Shown: one piece after another, positions 1 to 12,996 of the stretch
How the letters are laid out: each line of letters begins with the position of its first letter
Numbering within the stretch: position 1 is the first letter of the stretch
Source: the human T2T-CHM13v2.0 reference genome, Homo sapiens
Assembly (NCBI RefSeq): GCF_009914755.1
Contig: NC_060930.1
Direction: 5' to 3' (one strand)
DNA: 64,000 nt
Notes under the pieces: model-generated
What the model was told of the DNA's origin: nothing
What the model saw: the letters and a program-made list of their open reading frames with translations, nothing else
Databases searched by the model: none
Position numbers and translations under genes: made by a program

Positions 1-214
1 TTAACCTGTGACCATATGACTTTTATAATATGACTATCTAGCTTTTGAACATGGTTTAGGACTGATAAAAAATTGACATTACTTTTTCCTTTGATAGGAA
101 CTCTGTGGCCCAGAACCTTCCCTTTAAGTCCCAAGATTGTGCTAAGTATATCTCCTTTGTGTTCCCACAGCATTCTGCACACGACCAAATTACGGTGAAA
201 TTATTCTCATTATG

Positions 215-337
215 TGTTTTCCTCCTCAATTAAAATGTAAGTTCTTTGAGAGTGAGGAATTTCTCTTAATTCAAATTTTTATCTGGTATAGCATGTGGCA
301 CATAGGGTTAGTGGTCAGTAAAATTTTATTGAACTGA
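215..337 (+). mobile_element. L2 LINE 3' end remnant
   Basis: tgtaagttctttgagagtgagg...ggcacatagg...cagtaaaattttattgaactga resembles the L2 3' terminus. Confidence 0.6.
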
Positions 338-414
338 CAGATACCAAATAATGATATAAACTTGCTTTTGTTCACAGTTTACTGTTTATACATACTGTTA
401 ATCCCACTATAAGT

Positions 415-570
415 CACTGAGAGAGAAAGGGGTTATAATGTGCATTATATGGATGAGGAAAATGCAGCACAGAGAGGCCAAAGTAATTTGTCTAAGATTA
501 TGTTGGCTAATAATTGCTGGAGCCCTGACTTGATCTCAGGTTTTCTGATTGTAATTCTTAGGGTCTTTTG
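415..570 (-). mobile_element. MIR SINE remnant
   Basis: ggatgaggaaaatgcagcacagagaggccaaagtaatttgtctaag matches the antisense MIR core. Confidence 0.7.
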
Positions 571-829
571 ATGGTAACTGTGCCTTTGTCAGGAGTTGTA
601 TAACCAGGTGATTTAGGTCTTCAAACTCTGATAAAATATTCAAAGGTAAGTATATTAAGGTCCAGTCACAGAGCAGGCCCAAGGGGTGAATTTGGAGCTA
701 CGGTAGAATAGATTGATAACCAGTTAGGGAAAAGAATGAGGGAAAGATAGATTTTTTTTGCTTCATATGGCAATTTTAGAAGCTATAGCCAGTTCTTTTA
801 TTTAATGGTTTATTTTTAAATAACTTTTT

Positions 830-1990
830 ATTTGTTCATCCATGCATAGGTTTGGGTACTAGAGATACTACTTAACAAATTAGATGAGATTTCTTCTCTT
901 ACAAAGCTTATATTCTAGTGGGAGACAGACAATTACTGAAGAAATAAACAATAACAATATTGTAAATGACATGAAGGAGCCAGCTGAACAAATATAGAGG
1001 AAACTGCATTCCAGGCAGGAAAAGTCACTAATGCAAAGGCCCCCAAAGGGAGGAATCTTGGCCTTTTTTTTTAGAATCAAAAAGGCCAGTGTAGCTAGAG
1101 CATAGTGAGCTACGGTAGAGTGCTACCATGTGAGGCTGCAATGGCTAGGTGTAGACTCTGTGAGACTTTGAGGTAGAGTCCCAGGGTAAAGAGTTTGATT
1201 TTTTTTTAGCCTAATGTAGTTGAAAGACATTGGATGATTTTGAATAAGTGAGTGATATGATCTGATTTATGTTTTAAATAGATGACTGTGGCTGCTGCTT
1301 GAAAGCCATTTTGGAGGATAAAAAAGGAATGGAAGCGGGAGGACTAGTCTGGAAGTTTTCACATTAATCTAGATAGTGGCTTGAAATGGATTGGTTGTGG
1401 TGATATGACTGACAGAAGTCAGTGGATTTCAGTTAGTTTTTAAAGTAATATTGACATGGTGGATTGGTTGTGAGAGAAAGAGAAGAATCAGCATAATGAT
1501 GATGATGATGAGAGCTTAAGCATAGTGAAAATTTAATATTTGCCAAGTGCTATTCTAAATGCTTTATATGAATTAATGCATTTAGTCTTTATGGTAACCC
1601 TATAAGGCAGGTACCATTATCACTCTCTGAGGCTTGTAGTATCTTTATACAGGTAGTGAGGAGCAGAAGCAGGATTTGAATCCATACAGTCTGGCATCAA
1701 GGTCTATGTTCTTGACCATTATATTACACTGCCTAGAATTTTGGCTTGAATAATTTATTAGGGGGTGATGCCTTTGCCAAGATGTAGAAGACTCCGAGAA
1801 AAATATGTAAAATAAAATAAAGAGTTCTATTCTGACCACGTTAAGTAGAAGGTGCTTATTGGTTACACAAATGGAGATGGCAAGTTTGAAGTTGGATTTG
1901 AGTGTCTAAATTTTTGGGGAGGAGAATGTGCAGCCATGAGACTCCAGGAAGAGTGTGGGATGTCAGTGGAGAAGAGAGGGGGCCCACAGC
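830..1990 (-). mobile_element. L2 LINE fragment interrupted by a MIR
   Basis: agcttatattctagtgggagacagacaat, cattccaggcaggaaaag, gagtgatatgatctgatttatgtttta are antisense L2 landmarks; the element resumes after 1732. Confidence 0.75.
1510..1732 (-). mobile_element. MIR SINE nested in L2
   Basis: gtgctattctaaatgctttatatgaattaatgcatttagtc...gcaggatttgaatccatacagtctggc. Confidence 0.8.
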
Positions 1991-2132
1991 TGAGCTTGGT
2001 TTCCATACACTTCCACTTGATTTCATTAAGCAGAGAACATACTTCATTTGTTGTTAGAAAATGGGGCAGATCCTTAAATTGGAGCTGGATTTCTTTAAGG
2101 CAAAAATCTCTTTCTCCTCACACAGTGTGACT

Positions 2133-2453
2133 ATTTATTTTTATTTTTATTTTTTATTTTTAGACAGGGTCTCTACTCTGTCACCCAGGCTGGAGTGCAG
2201 TGGTGCAATTACAACTCACCATGGCCTTGACCTCCCAGGCTCAAGCAGTCCGCCTGCCTTAGCCTCCTAAGTAGCTGGAGCCACAGGCCTGTGCCAACAG
2301 TGCCTGGCTAAGTTTTTATTAATAAAAGTTTATGTAGAGTTGGGGATATCCCTATGTTGCCTGGGTTGGTCTAGAACTCCTGTGTTCAAGTGATCCTTCT
2401 ACCTGAGCCTCCTAAAGTTCTGGAATTACAGGCATGAGTCACCATGCCTGGCC
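2133..2453 (-). mobile_element. Alu (AluJ-like)
   Basis: T-rich tail then agacagggtctc...ccttgacctcccaggctcaagcagtc...ccatgcctggcc; dimeric. Confidence 0.95.
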
Positions 2454-3171
2454 TTAATTTCACTTTCTATTTGTGAGACTCATCTTTAGAAGGTACTGGT
2501 AAAACGTTAAAGAAACCAGACTTCCAAAAAATGTATTTATACACATCTTATTTAGATACAGAAAAAAGGACTGAGAAGTTCCCAGGAAGATAATTGAAAG
2601 GCAGGTAAGTGGCTCTTACTTGGAGTCACAGAGAAAAGCAAGGATTTTCTTTTTTGAAAAGGATTTCCTTTTTCACATTTAGAAAGTACCAGTTGGGTCT
2701 GTGGCTCACTAATTATTTGTTCGTTTGGAAAAATATGCTTTGTAGGCACTTGATCAGGTAATTTTTATTTCTAAAGAGTTTGGAATCCTCTTAAATCTTG
2801 TATCCTCTTTTTAAAAGTAGTGTTCAATTTTCTTCCTTAAACTGTGATTAAATATAATTAATTTTCTTGAATGGTTACTTAGTTGGGAATCATATAGGAG
2901 TTTTCTTACTATTTGTGTACAACTAGCTGATTTCTTGGGTTCTGGTTAACATGTCTTTTTAAATATACTGATCATTTAATGCCATTTTAAAGTGGGTCAC
3001 TGTGAACTTGTCAGTGCTGCAGCAAATCCATCAATATGCAAGTAGCATATCGCGATATGCAAGCATAACATGCTTTCACTTCCACCATTACTGTCAGGCA
3101 CCAGTTCATTTGGTCTCCCTTGCTGCTGATCTGTGGGAAACAAAACGTTGCAGTTGAAAGCCATGAGACTA

Positions 3172-3250
3172 TTAGGATGGTGCAAAAGTAATGTGGTTTT
3201 TTTCTTTACTTTTAATGGCAAAGACTGCAATTACTTTTGCGCCAACCTAA
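3172..3250. mobile_element. MADE1 (Hsmar1-derived MITE) with TA target duplication
   Basis: About 80-bp near-palindrome ttaggatggtgcaaaagtaat...attacttttgcgccaacctaa flanked by TA on both sides. Confidence 0.93.
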
Positions 3251-3427
3251 TAACAGAAAAAAAATCATTTTTCGGGGGAAAATAAGCATATGCTCTTTCT
3301 AGTTTGACAGGTTTGTTGACTGAGGATGCTCAGCTGAACTTGATTGTTGTTCTATTTGTGAGATACTGGTTTGTTAACCTTTTTCTAAGATGCAGTTTAC
3401 AATCTGTTGTCTATTCAACACATATTT

Positions 3428-5407
3428 CTTTTTTTTTAACTTTTAGGTTTGGGGGTACATGCGAAGGTTTGTTACATAGGTAAACTCATGTCATGGGGGC
3501 TTGTTGTACAGATTATTTCATCACCCAGGTATTAAACTCAGTACCCAATAGTTACCTTTTCTGCTCCTCTCCTTCCTCCCAACCTCCACCCTCAGGTAGA
3601 CCCCAGTGTCTGTTGTTCTTTTCTGTGTGTGCAAGAGTTCTCATCATTTAGCTCTCACTAAGTGAGAACATGTGGTATTAGGTTTTCTATTCTTGGGTTA
3701 GTTTGCTAGTTAGTAGCCTCAGGCTCCATCCATGTTCCCACAAAAGACATGATCTCATTCTTTTTTATGGCTACATAGTATTCCATAATGTATGTGTACC
3801 ACACTTTCTTTATCTAGTCTGTCACTGAAGGACATTTAGGTTGATTCCATGTCTTTGCTATTGTAAATGGTGCTGCAATGAACATTGGTGTACATATGTC
3901 TTGATGGTAGAATGATTTATATTCCTCTGGGTATATACCCAGTAACGGGATTGCAAGGTTGAATGATAGTTCTGCTTTTAGCTCTTTGAGGAATCAGTAT
4001 ACTGCTTTCCACATTGGTTGAACTAATTTACACTCCCTCCAACAGTGTATAAGTGTTCCCTCCTCTTCGCAACTTCATCAGCATCTGTTATTTTTTGACT
4101 TCTTAGTAATAGCCATTCTGACTGGTATGAGATGGTATCTCATTGTGGTTTTGATTTGCATTTCTCTAATGATCAATTGATACTGAACTTTTGTTCATAT
4201 GCTTCTTGGCCACATGTATGTCCTCTTTAGAGAAGTGTCTGTTCATGTCCTTTGCCCACTTTTTAATGGGGTTGTTTATCTCTTGTATATTTAAATTCCT
4301 TATAGATGTTGAATATTAGACCTTTGTCAGATGCATAGTTTGCAAGTATTTTCTTCCATTCTGTAGGTTGTCTGTGTACTCTGTTGATAATTTCTTTTGC
4401 TGTGCAGAAGCTGTTAAGTTTAGTTAGATCCCATTTGCCAATTTTTGCTTTTGGTGTCTTTGTCATGAAATTTTTGCCCATTCCTATGTCCAGATGGTAT
4501 TGCCTAAGTTGTCTTCCAGGGTTTTCATTGCTTTGGATTTTACATTTAAGTCTTTAATCCATTTTGAGTTGATTTTTATATATGGTATAAGGAAAAGTCC
4601 AGCTTCAATCTTCTGCATATGGCTAGCCAGTTATCCAGCACCATTTATTGAATAGGGGTTCTTTTCCCCATTGCTTGTTTTTGTCAGCTTTGTTGAAGAT
4701 CATATGGTTGTAGGTGTGTGGGCTTATTGCTGGGCTCTCTGTTCTGTTCCATTGGTCTATGTGCTTGTTTTTGTACCTGTACCATGCTGTTTTGGTTACT
4801 GTATCCTGTGCTGTAGTTTGAAATTGGTAGTGTGATGCCTCAAGCGTTGTTCTTTCTGCTTAGGATTGCCTTGGCTATTCGGACTCTTTTTTAGTTTCAT
4901 ATGAACTTTAAAATAGTTTTTATTTATTTATTTTTTAGTTCTGTGAAGAATGTCATTGATAGTTTGATAGGAATAGGACTGAATTATATAAATTGCTTTG
5001 GGCAGTATGACCATTTTAATGATATTGACTTTTCCTGTCCATGAGCATGGGATGTTTTTCCATTTATTTGTGTATCTCTGATTTCTTTGAGCAGTATTTT
5101 GTAATTCTTATTGTTGCGATCTTTCACCTCCCTGGTTAGCTGTATTCCTAGGTATTTTATTCTTTTTGTGGCAATTGTGAATGGGATTGCCTTGTTGATT
5201 TGGCTCTCAGCTTGGCTTTTGTTGGTGTATAGGAATGCTAGCGATTTCGTTCATTGATTTTGTATCCTGGAACTGCTGAAGGTCTTTATCAGCTGAAGGA
5301 GCTTTTGGACTGAGACTGTGGAATTTTCTAGATATAAAATTACATCATCTGCAAACAGGGATAGTTTGATTTCCTGTCTTCCTATTTGGATGCCTGCCCT
5401 TCATTTC
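3428..5407 (-). mobile_element. Old primate L1 (L1PA13-16-like), 3' UTR and 3' part of ORF2
   Basis: T tail, acagattatttcatcacccaggtatt 3' UTR; ORF 4263-4481 ([20 protein letters not shown]) is degenerate ORF2p. Confidence 0.92.
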
Positions 5408-5700
5408 TTTTTTTTGAATTAATAATAGCTGAATAGTGACTTTATTCTCCCTTATTCTTAGCATTTACATTATATTTATAGTTTATTAATCCATCTGATT
5501 CTAAAAAGTTTTGCAATAGCCAAAAATTTATCAAATATCAAAATTCTTTCCTAAATCCAAAGCTAGTGAAAAATTAGGTCTCAAATAAAAAGGAACATAG
5601 AACTGATAAAGACAGTCATAGTTTTCATGGAATAGAAGGGCCACTAATAGCCTAGAGAGGGAGAAGGAAAATATTCGTTTTTTTTTTGTGGATATCCAAA

Positions 5701-8700
5701 TTTTTATTTATTTTTATTATTTTTAATTTTTCCATAAGTTATTGGGGTACGGGTGGTATTTGGTTACATGAGTAAGTTCTTTAGTGTTGATTTGTGAGAT
5801 TTTTGGTGTACCCATCACCCGAGCAGTATACGCTACACCATTATTTGTAGTCTTATTTTTTGTCCATTGTATCATTCTTATGCCTTACATCCTCATAGCA
5901 TAGCTCCCACATATCAGTGAGAACTTACGACGTTTGGTTTTCCATTCCTGAGTTACTTCACGTAGAATAGTAGTGTCTCATTCAGGTCACTGCAAATGCT
6001 GTTAATTATTCCTTTTTATGGTTGCATAGTATTCCTTATTATATATATATATACATAGACACACACACACCACAGTTTCTTTACCCACTCATAGATTGAT
6101 GGGCATTTGGATTGGTTCCACGATTTTGCAATTGTCAGTTGTGCTGCTATAAACATGCATGTGCAAATACCTTTTTCGAATAATGACTTCTTTTCCTCTG
6201 GTAGATACCCAGTAGTGTTGCTGGATCAAGTGGCAGTTCTTGATTCTTTTAGTTCTTTAAGGAATCTCCACACTGTTTTCCATTGTGGCTGTACTAGTTT
6301 ACACTCCCATCAGCAGTGTAGAAATGTTCCCTGTTCATCACATCCATGCCAACATCTCCTGTTTTTTGATTTTGATTATGGCCATTCTTGCAGGAGTAAG
6401 GTGGTATTGCAATGTAGTTTTAATTTGCATTTCCCTGATCATTAGTGATGTTGAGCATTTTTTCATATGTTTGCCGGCCATTTGTATATCTTCTTTTGAG
6501 AATTGTCTATTCATATCCTTAGCCCACTTTTTGATGGAATTGTTTGTTTGTTTTTTTCCTTACTGATTTGTTTGAGTTTGTTGTAGATTCTGGATACTAG
6601 TCCTTTGTCAGATGTATAGATTGTGAAGATTTTCTCCCACTCTGTGGGTTGTCTGTTTACTCTACTGGCTGTTCCTTTTGCCATGTGAAAGCTCTTTAGT
6701 TTAAGTAGGTCCCAGCTATTTATCTTTGTTGTTATTGCATTTGCTTTTCGGTTCTTGGTCATGAAATCCTTGCCTAAGCCAGTGTCTAAAAGGGTTTTCC
6801 CAATGTTATCTTCTAGAATTTTTATAGTTTCAGGTCTTAGGTTTAAGTCCTTAATCCATCATCAGTTGATTTTTGCATAAGGCGAGAGATGAGGGTCCAG
6901 TTTCATTCTCTTACATGTGGCTAGCCAATTATCCCTGCACCATTTGTTGAAAAGGGTGTCTTTTCCCCACTTTATGTTTTTGTTTGCTTTGTTGAAGATC
7001 AGCTGGCTGTAAGCATTTGGGTTTATTTCTGGATTCTCTATTCTGTTCCATTGGTCTGTGTGCCTGTTTTTATACCAGTACCATGCTGTTTGGGTGACTA
7101 TGGCCTATAGTATAGTTTGAAATCAGGTAATGTGATGCCTCCAGATTTGTTCTTTTTGCTTAGCCTTGCTTTGGCTATGCGGGCTCTTTTTTGGTTCCAT
7201 ATGAATTTTAGAATTGTTTTTTTCTAATTCTGTGAAGAATGATGGTGGTATTTTGATGGGATTGCATTGAATTTGTAGATTGCTTTTGGCAGTATGGTCA
7301 TTTTCACAATATTGATTTTTCTCCTGCATGAGCATGGGATGTGTTTCCATTTGTTTGTGTTATCTATGATTTCTTTCAACAGTGTTTTGCGGTTTTCCTT
7401 GTAGAGGTCTTTTGACTCCTTGGTTAGGTATATTCTTAAGTATTTTATTTTATTTTTTTGCAGGTATTGTAAAAGGGATTGAGTTCTTGATTTGAATCTC
7501 TGCTTGGTTGCTGTTGGTGTATAGCAGAGCTACTGATTTGTGTACATTAATCTTGTATCTGGAAACTTTGCTCAATTCTTTTATCAGTTCTAGGAGCTTT
7601 CTGGAGGAGTCCTTAGGGTTTCCAAGGTAAACGATCATAACGCCAGCAAACAGCGACAGTTTGACTTCCTCTTTACCTATTTGGATGCCCTTTCTTTCTC
7701 TTGTCTGATTGCTCCGGCTAGGACTTCCAGTACTATATTAAAGAGGAGTGGTGAGAGTGGGCATCCTTGTCTTGTTCCCGTTCTCAGAGGGAATGCTTTC
7801 AACTTTACCCCATTCAGTATTATGTTGGCTGTGGGTTTGTCATAGATGGCTTTTATAACATTAAGGTATGTCCCTTGTATGCTGATTTTGTGGAGAGTTT
7901 TAATCATAAAGAGATGCTGAATTTTGTGGAATGCCTTTTCTGCATCTATTGAGATGATCATGTGATTTTTTGTTTTTAATTCTGTGTATGTGGTGTATCA
8001 CATTTATTGACTTGCATATGTTAAACCATCCCTGCATCTGTGGTGTGAAACCCACTTGATCATGGTGATTATCTTTTTGATATGTTGTTGTATTCGGTTA
8101 GCTAGTATTTTGTTAAGGATTTTAGCAGCTATGTTCATCAAGGATATCAGTCTGTAGTTTTCTTTTTTGGTTATGTTGTTTCCTGGTTTTGGTATTAGGG
8201 CGATGCTGGTTTCATATAATGAATTAGGGAGGGTTCCTTCTTTCTCTATCCCGTAGAATAGTTTTAAAAGGATTGGTACCAATTCTTCTTTGAATGTCTG
8301 TAGAATTCTGCTGTGAATCCATCTGGTCCTGGACTTTTTGTTGTTGGTAATTTTTAAATTACCATTTCAATCTTGCTCCTTGTTATTGGTCTGTTCAGGG
8401 TATCTAATTCTTCCTGATTTAAGCTAGGAGGTTTGTATTTTTCCAGGAATTTATCCATCTCTTCTAGGTTTTCTAGTTTATGTGCATAAAGGTGTTCATA
8501 GTAGCCTAGAATGATCTTTTGTATTTCAGTGGTGTCAGTTGTAGTATCTCCTGTTTTGTTTCTTAGTTATGTTATTTGGATTTTCTCCCTTCTTTTCTTG
8601 GTTAATCTTGCTAATGGTCTATTAATTGTATTTATCTTTTGAAAGGACCAGCTTTTTGTTTCATTTATCTTTTGTATTGTTTTTCTTGTTTCAGTTTCAT

Positions 8701-10753
8701 TTAATTCTGCTCTGATCTTGGTTATTTCCTTTCTTCTGCTGGGTTTGGGTTTGGTTTGTTTTTGTTTCTCTAGTCCTTGAGGTGTGACCTTAGAATGTCA
8801 ATTTGTGCTCTTACAGTCTTTTTGATGTAGGCATTTAGGGCTATGAACTTTCCTCTTAGCACTGCCTTTGCTGTATCCCAGAGGTTTTGATAGGTTGTGT
8901 CATTATTGTTATTCAGTTCAAATAATTTCTATCTTGATTTTGTTTTTGACCCAATGCTCATTCAGGAGCAGGTTATTTAATTTCTATGTATTTGCATGAT
9001 TTTGAAGGTTCCTTTTGGAGTTGATTTCCAGTTATATTCCATTGTGGTCTGAGAAAGTGCTTGATATGATTTCAATTTTCTTAAATTTATTGAGGCTCGT
9101 TTCGTGGCCTGTCATATAGTCTATCTTGGAGAAGGTTCTATGTGCTATTGAATAGAATGTGTATTCTGAGGTTGTTGGATGAAATGTTCTGTAAATATCT
9201 GTTAAGTCCAATTGTTCCAAGGTATAGTTTAAATCCATTGTTTCTTTGTTGACTTTCTGTCTTGATGACCTGTCTAGTGCTATCAGTGGGGTATTGAAGT
9301 CTCCCACTGTTTTGTCTTGCTATCTCATTTCTTATGTCTATTAGTAATTGTTTTATAAATTTGGGAGCTTGAGTATTAGGTGGATATATGTTTAGGATTG
9401 TGATATTTTCCTGTTGGACAAGGCCTTTTACCATTCTATAATGTCCCTGTTTCTGTCTTTTAACTGCTGTTGCTTTAAAGTTTGATTTGTTTGATACAAG
9501 AATAGCTACCCCTGCTCACTTTTGGTGTCCATTTGCATGAAATGCCTTATTCCACCCCTCACTTTAAGTTTATGTGAGTCCTTATGTGTTAGGTGAGTCT
9601 CTTGAAGGCAGCAGATAATTGGTTGGTGAATTCTTATCCATTCTGCAATTCTGTATCTTCTGAGTGGAGCATTTAGGTCATTTACATTCAATGTTAGTAT
9701 TGAGATGTGAGGTACCGTTCCATTCATTGTGCTATTTGTTGCTTGTATATCTTGGTTTTTTGTTTTTGTTTTTTAAATTGTATTTTTGTTTTGTAGGTCT
9801 TGTGAGATTTATGCTTTAAAATGGTTCTGTTTTGATGTGTTTCCAGGATTTATTTCAAGATTTAGAGCTCCTTTTAGCAGTTCTTGTAGTGGTGGCTTGG
9901 TAATGGTGAATTCTCTCAGCATTTGTTTGTCTGAAAAAGATTATATCTTTCCTACATATATGATGCTTAGTTTTTCTGGATATAAAATTCTTGGCTGATA
10001 ATGATTTTGTTTGAGGAGGTGGAAGACAGGGTCCCAATCCCTTCTAGCCTGTATGGTTTCTGTTGAGAAATCTGCTGTTAATCTGTTAGGTTTTCTTTTA
10101 TAGGTTACCTGGTGCTTCTGTCTCACAGCTCTTAGGATTCTTTCCTTCATCCTAACTTTGGATAACCTGATGAAAATGTGCCTAGGTGAAGATCTTTTTG
10201 TGATGGATTTCCTGGGTATTCTTTGTGCTTCTTATATTTGGATGTCTAGGTCTCTAGCATTACCGGGAAAGTTTTCATTTATTATTTCCCCAAATATGTT
10301 TCCCAAGCTTTTAGAATTGTCTTCTTTCTCAGGAACACTGATTATTCTTAGGTTTGCTTGTTTAACATAATCCCAGACTTCTTGGAGGCTTTGTTCATAT
10401 TTTCATATTCTTTTTGCTTTGTCTTTGTTGGATTGGGTTAATTTGAAGACCTTGTCTTCAAGCTCTGGTTTTCTTTCTTCTACTTGTTCAGTTCTATTTG
10501 CTGAGACTTTCCAGAGCATTTCACATTTCTAAAAGTGTGTCCAAAGTTTCCTGAATTTTTGATTTTTTTTCTTTAAGCTATCTATTTCCTTGAATATTTC
10601 CCCCTTCACTTCTTGTATCATTTTTTGGATTTCCTTGCATTGGGCTTCCCCTTTCTTGGCCCCTCCCTGATTAGCTTAATAACTAACCTGAATTCTTTTT
10701 CAGGTGAATCAGGGATTTCTTCTTGTTTTGGATCCATTGCTGGTGAACTAGTT
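5701..10753 (-). mobile_element. L1PB-like LINE-1, about 5 kb, 5'-truncated near the start of ORF1
   Basis: L1PB-type 3' end (ggtatttggttacatgagtaagttctttagt); broken ORF2 frames ([49 protein letters not shown]) and ORF1 frames (KERILRAVRQKHQVTYK, RILYPEKLS). Confidence 0.93.
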
Positions 10754-10924
10754 TGCAAAAAAAATCAACTCCTGGGTTTGTTGGTCTTTTGAATGGTTTT
10801 TCATGTCTTGAATTCCTTCAATTCAGCTCTGATTTTGGTGATTTCTTGTCTTTTGCTTGCTTAGAGGCTGATTTGTTTAGGCTTCTCTAATTCTTTCAGT
10901 TGTGATATTAAGTTGCTAATTTGA

Positions 10925-11296
<372 letters not shown>

Positions 11297-12064
11297 AATC
11301 TTTCTAACTTTTTATGTGGCTATTTAGTGCTATGAATTTCCCTCTTAACACTGCCTTAGCTGTATCCCAGAAATTCTAATATGTTGTATCTTTGCCCTCA
11401 TTAGTTTAAAAGAACTTCTTAATTTCTGCCTTAATTTCATTTTTTACCCAAAAGTCATTCAGAAGCATGTTAATTTTCATGTAATCACATGGTTTTGGGT
11501 GATTTTCTTAGTCTTGACTTCTATTATTATTGCATGGTGGTCCGTGAGTGTGTTTGTTATGATTTATGTTATTTTGCATTTGCTGAGGATATTTTATGTC
11601 CAATTATGTGGTCGCTTTTAGAGCATTTGCTGTGTGGTGATGAGAAGAATGTATATTTTATTGGTTTTGGATGGAGAGTTCTGTAGAGGTCCATCAGATC
11701 CATTTGGTCCAGTGTTGAGTTCAGGTCCTAAATATCTTCGTTAATTTTCTGCCTCAATGATTTGTCTAATACTGTTGGTGGAATGTTGAAGTTTCACAGT
11801 ATTATTTTGTGGGAATCTATGTCTCTTTGTAGGTCTCTAAGAACTTGCTGTATGAATCTGGGTGCTCCTGTGTTGAGTGCATATATATTTAGGATGGTTA
11901 GGTCTTTTATTCAATTGAAGTCTTTACCGTTATGAAATGCCCTTTTTTGTCTTTTTTTTATCTTTTGTTTTGTTTGAATTCTGTTTTGTCTGAAATTGGG
12001 ATTGCAACCCCTGTTTTTTTCTGATTTCCATTTGCTTGGTAGATATTCCTGTATCCCTTTATTT

Positions 12065-12996
12065 ATTTAATTATTTTTTATTTATCTATTTTATTATACT
12101 TTAGGTTCTAGGGTACATGTGTACAACATGCAGGTTTGTTACATATGTATACATGTGTCATGTTGGTGTGCTGCACCCATTAACTCATCATTTACATTAG
12201 GTATATCTCCTAGTGCTATCCCTCCTCCATCCCCTGACCCCACGACAGGCCCTGGTGTGTGATATTCCCCACCCTGTGTCCAAGTGTTCTCACTGTTCAG
12301 TTCCCACCTATGAGTGAGAACATGCAGTGTTTTGTTTTCTGGCCTTGCGATAGTTTGCTCAGAATGATGGTTTCTAGCTTCATCCATGTCCCTACGAAGG
12401 ACATGAACTCTTCCTTTTTTATGGCTGCAAAGTATTCCATGGTGTACATGTGCCACATTTTCTTAATCCAGTCTATCATTGATGGACATTTGGGTTGGTT
12501 CCAAGTCTTTGCTATTGTGAATAGTGCCGCAGTAAACACACGTGTGCATATGTCTTTATAGCAGCATGATTTATAATCCTTTGGATATATACCCAGTAAT
12601 GGGATTGCTGGGTCAAATGGTATTTCTAGTTCTAGATCCTTGAGGAGTCACCACACTGTCTTTCACAATGGTTGAACTAGTTTACAGTCCCACCAACAGT
12701 GTAAAATTGTTCTTATTTCTCCACATCCTCTCCAGCACCTGTTGTTTCCTGACTTTTTAATGATCGCCATTCTAACTGGTGTGAGATGGTATCTCATTGT
12801 GGTTTTGATTTGTATTTCTCTGATGGCCAGTGATGATGAGCATTTTTTCATGTGTCTTTTGGCTGCATAAATGTCTTCTTTTGAGAAGTGTCTGTTCATA
12901 TCCTTTGCCCACTTTTTGATGGGGTTGTTTGATTTTTTTTCTTGTAAATTTGTTTGAGTTCATTGTAGATTCTGGATATTAGCCCTTTGTCAGATG
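12065..12996 (-). mobile_element. Younger L1PA (about PA4-5) 3' fragment nested in the older L1
   Basis: ttattatactttaggttctagggtacatgt 3' UTR; ORF2 C-terminal frames (MFTAALFTIAKTWNQPKCPS); TSD cctttattt at 12056-12064 and 13003-13011. Confidence 0.93.

Noticed and set aside
593-651. Pseudo-exon tttgtcag|...AAG|gtaagt (53 nt)
   Set aside because: Stops in all frames and a modest acceptor; such pairs are expected by chance.
10681-10710. ctaac...ttctttttcag|gtgaat recursive-site-like motif
   Set aside because: Lies in antisense L1 sequence shared by many copies; weak donor.
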